Positions 10,690-20,397 are shown, counted from the stretch's first letter. The stretch is 64,000 bases of DNA from Candidatus Levyibacteriota bacterium (GCA_029260905.1 JAJDCH010000003.1:1553-65552), one strand, 5' to 3'. Notes: generated by a model from the sequence alone, not told the origin. Translations and numbers: made by a program.

Positions 10690-10957
10690 AAGAAATCTTC
10701 TTGAAGCACATTCCAAACTTATGGTGATTTGGCAGACGGGTTCTGATGCATTTGGGCGAAGAGTTGTTGGAGATGAGAGAAGAGTTTTAAGAAAAACCAT
10801 GAGTTTTTTGGAAAAAAAATTGTTGACGAGTTTGGTGATGGAATGAATTTTGGCGCTTTAGAATATAAATGGAAACTTGATCATCCTGAGGTTCGTGAGT
10901 TGTTGGCAGGTGGCCCAACAGAGGCTGAAAGAATAAAAAGATTGTATTAGTAGTTAT
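10690..10957 (+). pseudogene. Possible frameshifted gene remnant in the fusA-traX spacer.
   Basis: Two adjacent protein-like ORF fragments sit in different frames (..LLEAHSKLMVIWQTGSDAFGRRVVGDERRVL.. then ..NFGALEYKWKLDHPEVRELLAGGPTEAERIKRLY). Neither has a credible start. Confidence 0.3.
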
Positions 10958-11000
10958 TTATTAATTCCCCAAAGTAATTAATTCAATTATAATTATACTA

Positions 11001-11693
11001 ATGTCTGTTTTTGGATTAAAAGTTATTGCGATTGTTACTATGGTTATAGACCATGTAGGTCTTTATTTTTTTCCGCAAGTTTTGGTCTTTCGCATGATTG
11101 GCAGGCTTGCTTTTCCTCTTTTTGCATATCTTATTGCAAATGGTGCAGTTCATACGCATAACATCAAGAATTATTTTCTGAGGCTTTTTGTTTTTGCCTT
11201 TATCTCACAGGTTCCATATTATTTGGTTAATAAAATATCTGGGGCTGAGAACTGGGGATTAAACATATTTTTTACGTTGGCAGGAGGACTTTTGGTAATT
11301 ATTTCTATAAACAAATTTAGAAATTTTTTTAATTGGCTGCCCATACTTGTTTTGACGATGTTTATTGCAAGAACTTTCTCTTTTGATTATGGAATGATGG
11401 GGATCTTATCAATTGTAGCTTTTTATATTTTTAGAGAAAAATTTCTTTTTCTTTTTATAACTCAGGCATTATTATTTCTATCGCCTTATATTTTTTTCTT
11501 TCTGGGATTTTTTGGAAAAGATTTATCAACTTTGGGACTTGTAAATATTGTCCAGCCCCTTGCTCTATTGTCGCTTTTATTTATTGATATATATAACCAG
11601 GAGAGAGGGATAGGCATAAAATATTTTTTTTATATTTTCTACCCAATTCAATATCTAATTTTTTACTTGCTGCTTCTTTTTAAGAGTGTATAA
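11001..11693 (+). CDS. TraX family membrane protein.
   Basis: The N-terminus reads LKVIAIVTMVIDHVG, which is typical of the TraX/PF05857 family. The protein is polytopic. Confidence 0.65.
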   Translation: MSVFGLKVIAIVTMVIDHVGLYFFPQVLVFRMIGRLAFPLFAYLIANGAVHTHNIKNYFLRLFVFAFISQVPYYLVNKISGAENWGLNIFFTLAGGLLVIISINKFRNFFNWLPILVLTMFIARTFSFDYGMMGILSIVAFYIFREKFLFLFITQALLFLSPYIFFFLGFFGKDLSTLGLVNIVQPLALLSLLFIDIYNQERGIGIKYFFYIFYPIQYLIFYLLLLFKSV

Positions 11694-12798
11694 TGATTCC
11701 ATGAGGAAGTTGGTTTTTGTCTTTTTAGCTCTGGGAATTATTGTATTCGTGGGAAGATTTATATTTAGTACAGTAAAAGACAAGGTCAAGGAGGATCTGG
11801 CAAGACCCATTCCATTTCCCACAGCTACTCCTGAGGTGACACAAGCTGTTGTAGATGCAACCAATCTGAGGGAGGACAGATCTCTATTTGTGCCATATTG
11901 GACTCTTGAAGAAGGAGTTGGAAGCGGTTATTCCAAGCTTATTTATTTTGGAATAACCCCTGCAAGCGCAGGCATAGACAAAAATGATGAAGGTTATGCG
12001 GGAATTGATAATTTCATGGCAAATGCAGAAACAGATGGGGAGAGGCTTTTGACAGTAACTATGACAAATAGTTCTGAAAACTCAGAAATATTAAATAATT
12101 TGTCAAAACAAGAAGCCATAATTGATCAAAGTATCGCGATTGCCAGAGAGAAAGGGTTTTCAGGGATTGTTCTTAATCTTGAAATGTCAGCCATTCCTTT
12201 TGATTCTTTGGTTCAGCAAATTAGTGATTTTTCAGGAAAATTTTATCAATCAGCAAGACAGAATAGGCTTAAATATTATGTAGCAGTATATGGAGATAAT
12301 TTTTATAGAGTGCGTCCATTTGATGTTAAATCTATTTCTGAAAAGTCAGATGGGGTTTTGGTTATGGCATATGATTTTCATAAGTCCAGGAGCAATCCTG
12401 GACCAAATTTTCCACTTAGAGGTAAGGATGTATATGGATATGATATAGAGAGCATGATTGATGATTATCTAAAGCTGGTTCCTGCAAAGAAATTAACTGT
12501 GATATTTGGTTATTTCGGGTATGACTGGGTGGTTGATAGGAATGATAAGGCGACAGGAAATGGAGAGGCATCATCTTATCAAGAGATAAAAGGTCAATTT
12601 ATTGATGACTGTAAATTTAGGAATTGCCGTCTGGTAAGAGATAGTAATTCAATGGAAACAGAAATTCGTTATACCGATTCAGCAGGCAGAAATCATATTG
12701 TCTGGTTTGAGGATACTGAGTCGATTAATGAAAAAAAGAAGCTTCTGAAGAAAAAGGGGATATCATCATTTAGTTTTTTTGCCAACTCTTATTTTTAA
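11686..12798 (+). CDS. Membrane-anchored GH18-like (chitinase-fold) protein whose catalytic DxDxE motif is altered.
   Basis: It has a TM anchor, then the GH18 landmarks KLIYFGI, GFSGIVLNLE (in place of DGxDxDWE), VLVMAYDFH (MxYD) and KLTVIFGYFGYDW. The start may be the Met at 11701. Confidence 0.5.
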   Translation: MYNDSMRKLVFVFLALGIIVFVGRFIFSTVKDKVKEDLARPIPFPTATPEVTQAVVDATNLREDRSLFVPYWTLEEGVGSGYSKLIYFGITPASAGIDKNDEGYAGIDNFMANAETDGERLLTVTMTNSSENSEILNNLSKQEAIIDQSIAIAREKGFSGIVLNLEMSAIPFDSLVQQISDFSGKFYQSARQNRLKYYVAVYGDNFYRVRPFDVKSISEKSDGVLVMAYDFHKSRSNPGPNFPLRGKDVYGYDIESMIDDYLKLVPAKKLTVIFGYFGYDWVVDRNDKATGNGEASSYQEIKGQFIDDCKFRNCRLVRDSNSMETEIRYTDSAGRNHIVWFEDTESINEKKKLLKKKGISSFSFFANSYF

Positions 12799-12799
12799 T

Positions 12800-13264
12800 T
12801 TATTTATAGAAGCTTTTGATTTGGAAAAGAATGTAAAGACTTATAATTCCTCCTAAAATTGCACCACCTATATTTCCTGTTAATAAACTTGCTGCAATGC
12901 TTATAAGTGATGACCAATAAACATATCTCCAACCAATTATTTTTCTTGCAAAAAGTCCTGGAAGAGCCATGAGTTCAAGCACTATTGCTGCTCCTGTTGC
13001 AATTGCTGATATCATAAGCGTTAGGGTAAAAGAAGCTGTATAACCAGGTCCTCCAAAGGTTGTGAAAGGTGCTGCGATTGTAGCTAGTCCAAAAATCCAC
13101 AGCACAGCAGGAAGAGTCATAATCATAAAAACAATGATTAACCATGGACCAAATCTGACCAAAGCCTCTTTGATATTTGATGGTATTTGAAACGGAGCTT
13201 TTTTTACTAGATAAAGATCAAGTGTGTTTTCAAGGTTATTGATTGTGGCATTTTTTTGGGACAT
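12800..13264 (-). CDS. Hypothetical polytopic membrane protein.
   Basis: The ORF is 154 aa with 3-4 hydrophobic helices and no recognisable motif. Confidence 0.4.
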   Translation of the reverse strand: MSQKNATINNLENTLDLYLVKKAPFQIPSNIKEALVRFGPWLIIVFMIMTLPAVLWIFGLATIAAPFTTFGGPGYTASFTLTLMISAIATGAAIVLELMALPGLFARKIIGWRYVYWSSLISIAASLLTGNIGGAILGGIISLYILFQIKSFYK

Positions 13265-13266
13265 GT

Positions 13267-15435
13267 TTATTCGATTATTGCGCTTACCTCAATTGCGGTA
13301 AGGCCCGATCTTTGAATTTTTGCTGGGAATGTTGGTTCATCAATTGAAAAATCAGGCTTACTTGTTAATTGCTTGAAGTAGAATACGACATTTAGATAAT
13401 TTTTAGGTTGTGGGTCAAATGAGAGAGGTAAAATGGTTGATGAGTCTTTGTGATTGAAGAATGAAACAAAGATATAGGGGCTGTTAATTTCTTTATTAGC
13501 AAAATTAATCAGATCCTTTGTCTCTTTATTATTTAGTCCAAGTTTTGTTGCATAAGATTTTAGAATACCTGCTATGTTTTTTACATCAACAATTGTTCCA
13601 TATGATGGGGCAGGGACTCTCTTTACTGCTGATGCATAGTCGTAAGAAATGCTTTCATAGGTTTTACCACCGATTTTCATTTTTCCATCACCAATTAGAG
13701 TTATATCGTAGCCATTGTTGTATGAAGGGATGGAATTGTAGACAGATGTGCCAACTGTTACATTTACATTTTGCCCCTCATCACCATATAAATAAAGAGG
13801 TGAGTCATAGCAAAGACCTTGTGGTTTGAGATCATCTTTGTTCAGATTTTTTTGTGCTTTTGCACAATCGTCAAAAGCATCTGTTCCATCCGTGAAACCC
13901 ATTGCAAGGCATTGCTCCGCTGCTAAATCCCTACATCTAGGTGTTGACTGTTGTTCCTCTCTGACAGGTGCAAGATCGGCTTTAAGAAGGAATGTGTAGA
14001 GTTGTGTATTTTTTCTTGTATCTCCACCATCTGTATTTTTGTCAGAAAATAGATCAATAATTGTTGGAGTGGCATTGTCAGATGCGGTTTGTGCTCCCAG
14101 TACGTTTGAGAAGTAGTTAACAGGTAAAAGATCTATCTGCTGCATGAGAGTATCTGGCAAATTTAATATGGTAAGTTGGCTAGAGCTAGTGTCGAATACA
14201 GAGTATTGTTTGACTTGAGAAGCATAGAGTTCTCCCAGGTTTCCAAAAGCAGATTCAGAATACTCAGAATCAACCAATAGAATTTTTTCTTCTGATAATA
14301 TATCCATGAAGGCGAGATCTACATCCCCTAAATTTATCTGAGAGGATGTTTGAGAAGATGGATTGTATCTAAAAGTTCCATTTAGATCAGTGTTTCTGCT
14401 AAGCAATACATAGATCGCATCTCCATTGTTTTGATCCCACCCATTTATAGAATATTTATTTTGGTTTGAAAGACTTGCAACCTTTTCTCTTATCAATGTG
14501 TTGGTATCTAGAAGCTCGACTGTATTTGATCTAAGCGCTGAAAGTCTAAATCCTGATTGTTCTGATTTTCCGTCTCCAAAAGAGCCGTCATATCCAGCAA
14601 ACAATAGTCTTTTTCCATCTGGTGAGATTCTAATCGGTCTTGAGTATGTCCCATCCTGCATTGATTCAATTTCCTGAATTGTTGAACCATCAAACGTAGA
14701 TAGACTCATTCCTCTTGAATTACCTGTCGTAACATTCCCTACAAATTTATCTGCAAATACTTTTCCTTCATTTGTAATAATAAGGGGATAGTGGACTGGA
14801 CCATTTGCGACTTCGTCAAAAAGCAGATTTTTGACTGTTGGATTATCAAGATCAATTGCATAAACTCTCGATCTTGCACCTTCAAATTTAGTTGAGTTTG
14901 GCGCAAAGGCAACTTCCCATGTGGCAACATATTTTTTATTTGGAGAAACAGTGTAGTCATCTATTCCGAAGCCTGTTTCAGCAAGAATTGACGTGACTAC
15001 CTTTTTGTCTGCAAGAGAATAAATACTTAATTTAGTGCCGTGATCTTGGATGCCTTCTATTTCATCTATATATAATAGTTCTTCAGGAGAAAGAATTGAT
15101 ACTTTTTTAATATCAAGTGGAAGTTCGGCAATTATTCTGGTACTACCAGATGCTAGATCAAGAGACTTTATTGCTGATTGAGATTGTTCCCATGTACCAT
15201 AGACCAAGGTTTTTTGAGCAATAGGGGAAGAAAGAATAGAGACAGACTCTTCATTGGTGTTTTGTTGGTTTCCTATTCCATTGTTGTTCCTGCTATCGTT
15301 ATTTCTTAGTGCAAAAAAGGCTGCTGATCCAAGAACTAGAACAGCTATTATAAATACGATGAGCCCTTTTGGGCTTGCAGGTTTGGATGAGGATGTGGAT
15401 TCTGGACTTTGATTATCTATGGGCATGTCGGGCAT
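13267..15435 (-). CDS. Membrane-anchored extracytoplasmic protein with TolB/PD40-like beta-propeller repeats and a Cys-containing C-terminal domain.
   Basis: It has an N-terminal TM (LIVFIIAVLVLGSAAFFAL) and repeats such as ISPDGKRLLFAGYDG. The protein is 722 aa. Confidence 0.5.
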   Translation of the reverse strand: MPDMPIDNQSPESTSSSKPASPKGLIVFIIAVLVLGSAAFFALRNNDSRNNNGIGNQQNTNEESVSILSSPIAQKTLVYGTWEQSQSAIKSLDLASGSTRIIAELPLDIKKVSILSPEELLYIDEIEGIQDHGTKLSIYSLADKKVVTSILAETGFGIDDYTVSPNKKYVATWEVAFAPNSTKFEGARSRVYAIDLDNPTVKNLLFDEVANGPVHYPLIITNEGKVFADKFVGNVTTGNSRGMSLSTFDGSTIQEIESMQDGTYSRPIRISPDGKRLLFAGYDGSFGDGKSEQSGFRLSALRSNTVELLDTNTLIREKVASLSNQNKYSINGWDQNNGDAIYVLLSRNTDLNGTFRYNPSSQTSSQINLGDVDLAFMDILSEEKILLVDSEYSESAFGNLGELYASQVKQYSVFDTSSSQLTILNLPDTLMQQIDLLPVNYFSNVLGAQTASDNATPTIIDLFSDKNTDGGDTRKNTQLYTFLLKADLAPVREEQQSTPRCRDLAAEQCLAMGFTDGTDAFDDCAKAQKNLNKDDLKPQGLCYDSPLYLYGDEGQNVNVTVGTSVYNSIPSYNNGYDITLIGDGKMKIGGKTYESISYDYASAVKRVPAPSYGTIVDVKNIAGILKSYATKLGLNNKETKDLINFANKEINSPYIFVSFFNHKDSSTILPLSFDPQPKNYLNVVFYFKQLTSKPDFSIDEPTFPAKIQRSGLTAIEVSAIIE

Positions 15436-15513
15436 ATATAAACTTTAGAAGATATCTATTTGCTTGTCAAGTGTTTTTGTTTGATTTGTTTGGTTTGATA
15501 TAATTTTACCCAC

Positions 15514-15542
15514 TTGACGGAAGAAAAAAAATATTGTATTAT
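15514..15542 (+). promoter_or_regulatory. Putative sigma70-like promoter for tuf.
   Basis: A TTGACG box, a 17 nt spacer and a TATTAT box lie about 60 nt upstream of the tuf ATG. Confidence 0.4.
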
Positions 15543-15603
15543 TACATTCACGCTCATTTCTTTTGAGGAATGAGATTTCTTTTTTGTAAAAGAGGTAACA
15601 GCT

Positions 15604-16785
15604 ATGGCAGATAAATTTAATAGAAACAAACCACACGTAAATATCGGTACAATCGGTCATGTCGATCATGGTAAAACTACGACAACAGCCGCTATTACAA
15701 CAGTACTCGCCAAAAAAGGAATGGCGCAGGCAAAAAAGTACGAAGATATCGATAATGCGCCAGAAGAAAAAGCACGCGGAGTCACGATTAACATTTCACA
15801 TCAAGAATACGAAACAGAAACAAGACACTATGCACATATTGATGCTCCAGGTCATGCAGACTACATAAAGAACATGATTACAGGTGCGGCTCAGATGGAT
15901 GGAGCAATCTTGGTTGTTTCAGCGCCAGATGGTCCTATGCCTCAGACAAGAGAGCACATTCTTCTCGCTAAGCAGGTTGGAGTTCCATCAATAGTTGTTT
16001 TTCTAAATAAATGCGATATGGTTCAGGATGAAGAACTTCTTGATCTTGTTGAAATGGAGATCCGTGAACTTCTTACAAAATATGAATTTCCAGGCGACAC
16101 AACACCTATTATAAGAGGGTCAGCGCTCAAGGCAATTGAGGGTGATGCAGAAGCAGAAGCAGCAATATTGAAGCTGATGCAGACAGTTGACGAATATGTT
16201 CCCACACCAAAGAGGGATCTTGATAAGCCATTCCTTATGCCCGTTGAAGATGTTTTTTCAATCAAAGGTCGTGGAACAGTTGTAACAGGAAGAATTGAAA
16301 GAGGAATTGTAAAAGTAAATGAGGCTGTTTCTGTTATAGGTCTTGATAATAACAAAGAGTCAGTAGTAACTGGAGTTGAGATGTTTAAAAAGCAGCTTGA
16401 TGAAGGTCAAGCAGGTGACAACGTTGGACTTTTACTTAGAGGACTTGAAAAAACAGATGTTGAGCGTGGTCAGGTTGTCGCCAAGCCAGGAAGTGTTACA
16501 CCTCATACAGAATTTGAAGCAGAAGCATATATTCTTACAAAAGAAGAGGGTGGACGTCACACACCTTTCTTTACAGGTTATAGACCACAGTTTTATATCA
16601 GAACAACCGATGTTACAGGCACAGCAACTCTCCCAAAGGGAGTTGAAATGGTTATGCCTGGAGATAGTTCAAAAATGACAGTTAAACTTATCGTTCCAGT
16701 TGCGCTTGAAGAAGGACTTAGATTTGCTATCCGAGAAGGGGGTAAAACAGTCGGAGCGGGTGTAATTTCAAAGATAATTAAATAA
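15604..16785 (+). CDS. tuf: Elongation factor Tu.
   Basis: The sequence reads [26 protein letters not shown] and continues as full-length EF-Tu. Confidence 0.98.
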   Translation: MADKFNRNKPHVNIGTIGHVDHGKTTTTAAITTVLAKKGMAQAKKYEDIDNAPEEKARGVTINISHQEYETETRHYAHIDAPGHADYIKNMITGAAQMDGAILVVSAPDGPMPQTREHILLAKQVGVPSIVVFLNKCDMVQDEELLDLVEMEIRELLTKYEFPGDTTPIIRGSALKAIEGDAEAEAAILKLMQTVDEYVPTPKRDLDKPFLMPVEDVFSIKGRGTVVTGRIERGIVKVNEAVSVIGLDNNKESVVTGVEMFKKQLDEGQAGDNVGLLLRGLEKTDVERGQVVAKPGSVTPHTEFEAEAYILTKEEGGRHTPFFTGYRPQFYIRTTDVTGTATLPKGVEMVMPGDSSKMTVKLIVPVALEEGLRFAIREGGKTVGAGVISKIIK

Positions 16786-16817
16786 TCCGAAAAGTAAAGA
16801 TCTTTAACAATCTGTTG

Positions 16818-16838
16818 ATCCCGATTACAATCGGGATT
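16818..16838 (+). promoter_or_regulatory. Stem-loop between tuf and rpsJ (ATCCCGATT-aca-AATCGGGAT). It could be a weak terminator or a processing site.
   Basis: It is a perfect 9 bp inverted repeat, followed by TTTG, placed 12 nt before the rpsJ ATG. Confidence 0.35.
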
Positions 16839-16849
16839 TGTACAATAAT

Positions 16850-17158
16850 ATGCCAAAAGGAAGAATAAGAGTCAGACTAAAAAGCTATGACCCACGGGTT
16901 TTGGACTCGTGTTGTCAGCAAATCCTTGATTCGGTTATAAGAACCGGGGCTAAGGTGGTAGGTCCGGTTCCACTTCCAACAGACAGATCAGTCTACGTTG
17001 TTAATAAATCACCATTTGTTGACAAAAATGCCAGAGATCATTACGAAATAAAAGTACATAAAAGATTGATTGATATTATGTCACCAACAGATAAAACAAT
17101 TGACAGTTTAACTAATTTAGCATTACCAGCAGGAGTTGATATAGAACTAAAAATGTAG
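16850..17158 (+). CDS. rpsJ: 30S ribosomal protein S10.
   Basis: The sequence reads MPKGRIRVRLKSYDPRVLD. The listed ORF starts at an upstream TTG. Confidence 0.95.
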   Translation: MPKGRIRVRLKSYDPRVLDSCCQQILDSVIRTGAKVVGPVPLPTDRSVYVVNKSPFVDKNARDHYEIKVHKRLIDIMSPTDKTIDSLTNLALPAGVDIELKM

Positions 17159-17290
17159 TCTCCGTTTGGGGATTTCAGTATAGATGCCCAATATAATTAA
17201 ACATGCTGAAAGATGATTGATTAAAAATGCCTAAGCTTGGCCACCCCGTTTAGAGGGGATCAAATCACAAAAAGTTGTGAATATGATAAA

Positions 17291-17317
17291 GGTAGCCGTA
17301 GGGCTATCTTTTTTTCG
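17291..17317 (+). terminator. Intrinsic-terminator-like hairpin (GGTAGCC-gtag-GGCTATC followed by T7) in the rpsJ-rplC spacer. It may be an attenuator.
   Basis: It is a GC-rich 7 bp stem with a 4 nt loop and a run of 7 T. It sits inside a 178 nt spacer upstream of the predicted rplC start at 17337. Confidence 0.4.
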
Positions 17318-17336
17318 TTTAGAGACAATAATAAAT

Positions 17337-18236
17337 ATGATAAATACATTAATAGGACAAAAAATAGACCAAGCACAAAAATTTCTTCAAGATGGGAAGA
17401 GAATTCCCGTTACAGAAATTTCTTTGGGTGATAATGTTGTGGTTCAGGTAAAAAGCACTGACAAAGAGGGCTACAGTGCTCTTCAGCTTGGAGTAGGGAC
17501 AAGGAAAAAAGCAACAAAATCTTTAATTGGTCATGCTAAAAAAGTAGGACTTGATCAAGCGCCTATCAAAATAAAGGAAATATCAGTTGAAAATTTTGAA
17601 GGAGAAATGCCAAAAGCCGGAGATTTGATAGCAGTTGATACTGTTTTTAAACTAGGTGATGTTGTAAAAGTAACCGGAGTATCAAAAGGAAAGGGTTTTG
17701 CAGGTGTTGTTAGGAGATATAACTTCAGAGGTGGACCCAAAACCCATGGTCAGTCAGACAGGCACAGAGCACCAGGCTCAATTGGTCAATCTGCAACACC
17801 AGGTAGGGTTTATAAAGGTAAAAGGATGGCTGGACGTATGGGGTCTGATGTTGTATCAATTGCCAATCTGGTTGTTGTAGATATTGATGTCGAAAATAAA
17901 AAAATATTTGTTTCAGGTCTAGTGCCAGGCATAAAAAATTCTTTTGTAACCATAACAAAAACCGGTGAGAGCAAGGCTTTTGTTCCACTTGTATCATATA
18001 TTGAAAAAAAATCAGAAGTAGATGACAAGCCAATAGATGCTACAAAAGACATAAAAGCTGATGATGTAGTAGTTGATATTCAAGCAGAAACAAAGACTGA
18101 GCAGTCAGCGTCAAGCGAGGTTGCGGTAGCTGAAGATAAAAGAGAAGAGATAAAAACTGAGGAAGCAACAGTTGAAGTTAAAGAAGAAGCGAAAAAAATC
18201 TCAGAAACAGAAGAAAAGGTTGAGGAAAATAAATAA
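17337..18236 (+). CDS. rplC: 50S ribosomal protein L3, with an E/K-rich C-terminal extension of about 95 aa.
   Basis: MINTLIGQKIDQAQKF aligns with the L3 N-terminus, and KGKGFAGVVRRYNFRGGPKTHG is the L3 core. The tail is Glu/Lys-rich. The start could instead be 17283 or 17277. Confidence 0.9.
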   Translation: MINTLIGQKIDQAQKFLQDGKRIPVTEISLGDNVVVQVKSTDKEGYSALQLGVGTRKKATKSLIGHAKKVGLDQAPIKIKEISVENFEGEMPKAGDLIAVDTVFKLGDVVKVTGVSKGKGFAGVVRRYNFRGGPKTHGQSDRHRAPGSIGQSATPGRVYKGKRMAGRMGSDVVSIANLVVVDIDVENKKIFVSGLVPGIKNSFVTITKTGESKAFVPLVSYIEKKSEVDDKPIDATKDIKADDVVVDIQAETKTEQSASSEVAVAEDKREEIKTEEATVEVKEEAKKISETEEKVEENK

Positions 18237-18241
18237 TTATT

Positions 18242-19012
18242 ATGGCAAGTACAAAAGTAACAAAAGTTAAAAAAGTAGTTAAACAACCAGCGGTAAAAAC
18301 AGTAAAAAAGGATGCTATGAAAGAGGTGGTAAAATCTACTGTTTCATCGCCTATTAAGACTGATTCAAAAAACATCTCAATTGATGTTTATGATCTTTCA
18401 GGAAAGGTATCAGGTAAGATTTCTGTTTCAGCAGCAATATTTGGAGAAAAGGTTAATAAAACTCTGCTTGCTCAAGCGGTGAGAGTTTATCTGGCAAATA
18501 AAAGACAGGGAAATGCGAGCACAAAAACAAGAAGCGAAGTAGATGGCTCATCAAGGAAAATCTATAGACAAAAAGGTACTGGAAAAGCTCGTCACGGAAC
18601 ACTTCGAGCGCCTATTTTTGTAAAAGGTGGAATAGTGCATGGACCAAAACCAAGAGATTTTGGTCTTGATTTTCCAAAAAAGATGAGAAGAAAAGCTCTT
18701 TTCTCAGCTTTATCAGGAAAGCTTGTTGATGGAGAGATGAAAATCGTATCAGGTTTTGAAAAAATTGAAGGAAAGACAAAGAAATTTATTGCAGTTGCCC
18801 AAAAATTTGATCTTACTAAGAAAAAAACAAAAGTGCTTGTTGTTGCACCAGACAGTTTTAAAAATCTGATAAGAGCAACCAATAATGTTCAGGGTGTAAG
18901 TTTTACTGCGCCAAACAGACTCAATGCTTATGAGGTGATGAAGAATAGAAATGTTCTTTTTACAAAAGAAGCAATTTTAGATCTTGAAAAGCTTTATATA
19001 GGGGAAAAATAA
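18242..19012 (+). CDS. rplD: 50S ribosomal protein L4, with a K-rich N-terminal extension of about 45 aa.
   Basis: KTRSEVDGSSRKIYRQKGTGKARHG is the L4 core. Confidence 0.93.
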   Translation: MASTKVTKVKKVVKQPAVKTVKKDAMKEVVKSTVSSPIKTDSKNISIDVYDLSGKVSGKISVSAAIFGEKVNKTLLAQAVRVYLANKRQGNASTKTRSEVDGSSRKIYRQKGTGKARHGTLRAPIFVKGGIVHGPKPRDFGLDFPKKMRRKALFSALSGKLVDGEMKIVSGFEKIEGKTKKFIAVAQKFDLTKKKTKVLVVAPDSFKNLIRATNNVQGVSFTAPNRLNAYEVMKNRNVLFTKEAILDLEKLYIGEK

Positions 19013-19014
19013 TT

Positions 19015-19326
19015 ATGCAAAACGTTATTATAAAACCAATAATTACAGAAAAATCAATGCAGGATACAGGTCTTGGTAAGTATTCATTTGAGGTTCATAG
19101 ATTTGCGACAAAGACAGAGGTTAAGAAAGCTATAAAAGACGCATTTGGAGTTCATGTTGTCTCGGTAGCAACGGTTGTTGTAAAGGGTAGGAGACAAAAA
19201 GTGGGCAAGAGAAGGATTGAGGTAAAATCAGCTGCAACAAAAAAGGCAACTGTTTTTCTTAAAAAAGGTGATAAGATATCAATTTTTGAATCAGGAACAG
19301 ATGAAAAAGAGAGTAAAAAGAAATAA
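19015..19326 (+). CDS. rplW: 50S ribosomal protein L23.
   Basis: It is conserved in sequence and in operon position. Confidence 0.93.
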   Translation: MQNVIIKPIITEKSMQDTGLGKYSFEVHRFATKTEVKKAIKDAFGVHVVSVATVVVKGRRQKVGKRRIEVKSAATKKATVFLKKGDKISIFESGTDEKESKKK

Positions 19327-19329
19327 TCT

Positions 19330-20082
19330 ATGAAAAAGCTAAAAACAATAAAAAAGAAAAATTCAGGACGTGATGCATCAGGGCAGGTTTCTGTCCGTCA
19401 TCAGGGCGGAGAGCATAAGAGGTATTTGAGAAGTGTTGATTTTAAAAGAAATAAATTTGGAACAGTTGGAAAAGTTGTTTCAATTGAATATGATCCAAAT
19501 AGAACATGTGACGTAGCTCTTGTCCAATATGCAGATGGTGAAAAAAGATATATTCTTTCACCAAAAGGATTAAAGGTAGGACAAGAAATTGTTTCAGGAA
19601 AGGGATCTGATATTCAGATTGGAAACGCTCTTCCAATGTCTGAAATACCAGTCGGAAGCGTGATTCATAATCTTGAATTGACACCTGGAAAAGGAGGCCA
19701 AATTGTACGTGGGGCAGGAACAGGTGCTATAATATCAGCCAAAGAAGGTGTATATGTTCATGTTAAGCTTCCATCAGGCGAAATAAGAAAGATTTTGGCG
19801 CGAGCAATGGCCACAATTGGACAGCTTGGTAATGTTGATGTAAAAAACATGGTTATTGGGAAAGCAGGACGTGCTAGGAATATGGGAAGGAGACCAACTG
19901 TAAGAGGTGTTGCTCAGAATCCAAGATCTCATCCCCACGGAGGAGGAGAGGGTAGATCAGGTGTTGGTATGAAGTATCCAAAGACCTATGCAGGAGGAAA
20001 GGCAGTTGGAAATACAAGAAGAAAGAAAAAGTATTCTGATAAATATATTTTACAGAAAAGAAAGAATAAAAGAGGTCAATAA
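19330..20082 (+). CDS. rplB: 50S ribosomal protein L2.
   Basis: It carries the L2 signature [14 protein letters not shown]. Confidence 0.97.
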   Translation: MKKLKTIKKKNSGRDASGQVSVRHQGGEHKRYLRSVDFKRNKFGTVGKVVSIEYDPNRTCDVALVQYADGEKRYILSPKGLKVGQEIVSGKGSDIQIGNALPMSEIPVGSVIHNLELTPGKGGQIVRGAGTGAIISAKEGVYVHVKLPSGEIRKILARAMATIGQLGNVDVKNMVIGKAGRARNMGRRPTVRGVAQNPRSHPHGGGEGRSGVGMKYPKTYAGGKAVGNTRRKKKYSDKYILQKRKNKRGQ

Positions 20083-20084
20083 TT

Positions 20085-20369
20085 ATGGGAAGAAGTATTA
20101 AAAAAGGACCATTTATAGATGAAAAGTTAATGAAGAAGGTTATGGCTGCGAAGCAGTCTGGTGGGCAGGTTGAGATTAAGACCTGGTCAAGAGCGTGTCA
20201 GATACCGCCTGAATTTGTGGGACATATATTCCTTGTTCATAACGGAAAGAATTTTATAAAAGTATCTGTTACAGAGAATATGGTTGGATATAGGCTCGGA
20301 GAGTTTTCGCCAACAAGACTCTTTAGAGGACATGGAAGAATTGTGGCAAGAGAAATTAGTAAGACCTAA
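20085..20369 (+). CDS. rpsS: 30S ribosomal protein S19.
   Basis: The sequence reads [11 protein letters not shown]...VHNGK. Confidence 0.96.
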   Translation: MGRSIKKGPFIDEKLMKKVMAAKQSGGQVEIKTWSRACQIPPEFVGHIFLVHNGKNFIKVSVTENMVGYRLGEFSPTRLFRGHGRIVAREISKT

Positions 20370-20397
20370 CGAGTTTGAGGTAGAAAGTTTGTAAAGT

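Noticed and set aside
15436-15603. CTCATTT-cttttgagg-AATGAG hairpin followed by T-run upstream of tuf.
   Set aside because: It lies downstream of the predicted tuf promoter, within the 5' UTR. It could be an attenuator, but the 6 bp A/T-rich stem is weak.
16023-18375. Antisense and alternate-frame ORFs inside tuf, rplC and rplD (for example 16023-16355 minus, 17725-18033 minus, 18080-18286 minus).
   Set aside because: They are fully embedded in highly conserved ribosomal or EF genes on the opposite strand or in another frame. Their composition is low-complexity. They are typical spurious ORFs.
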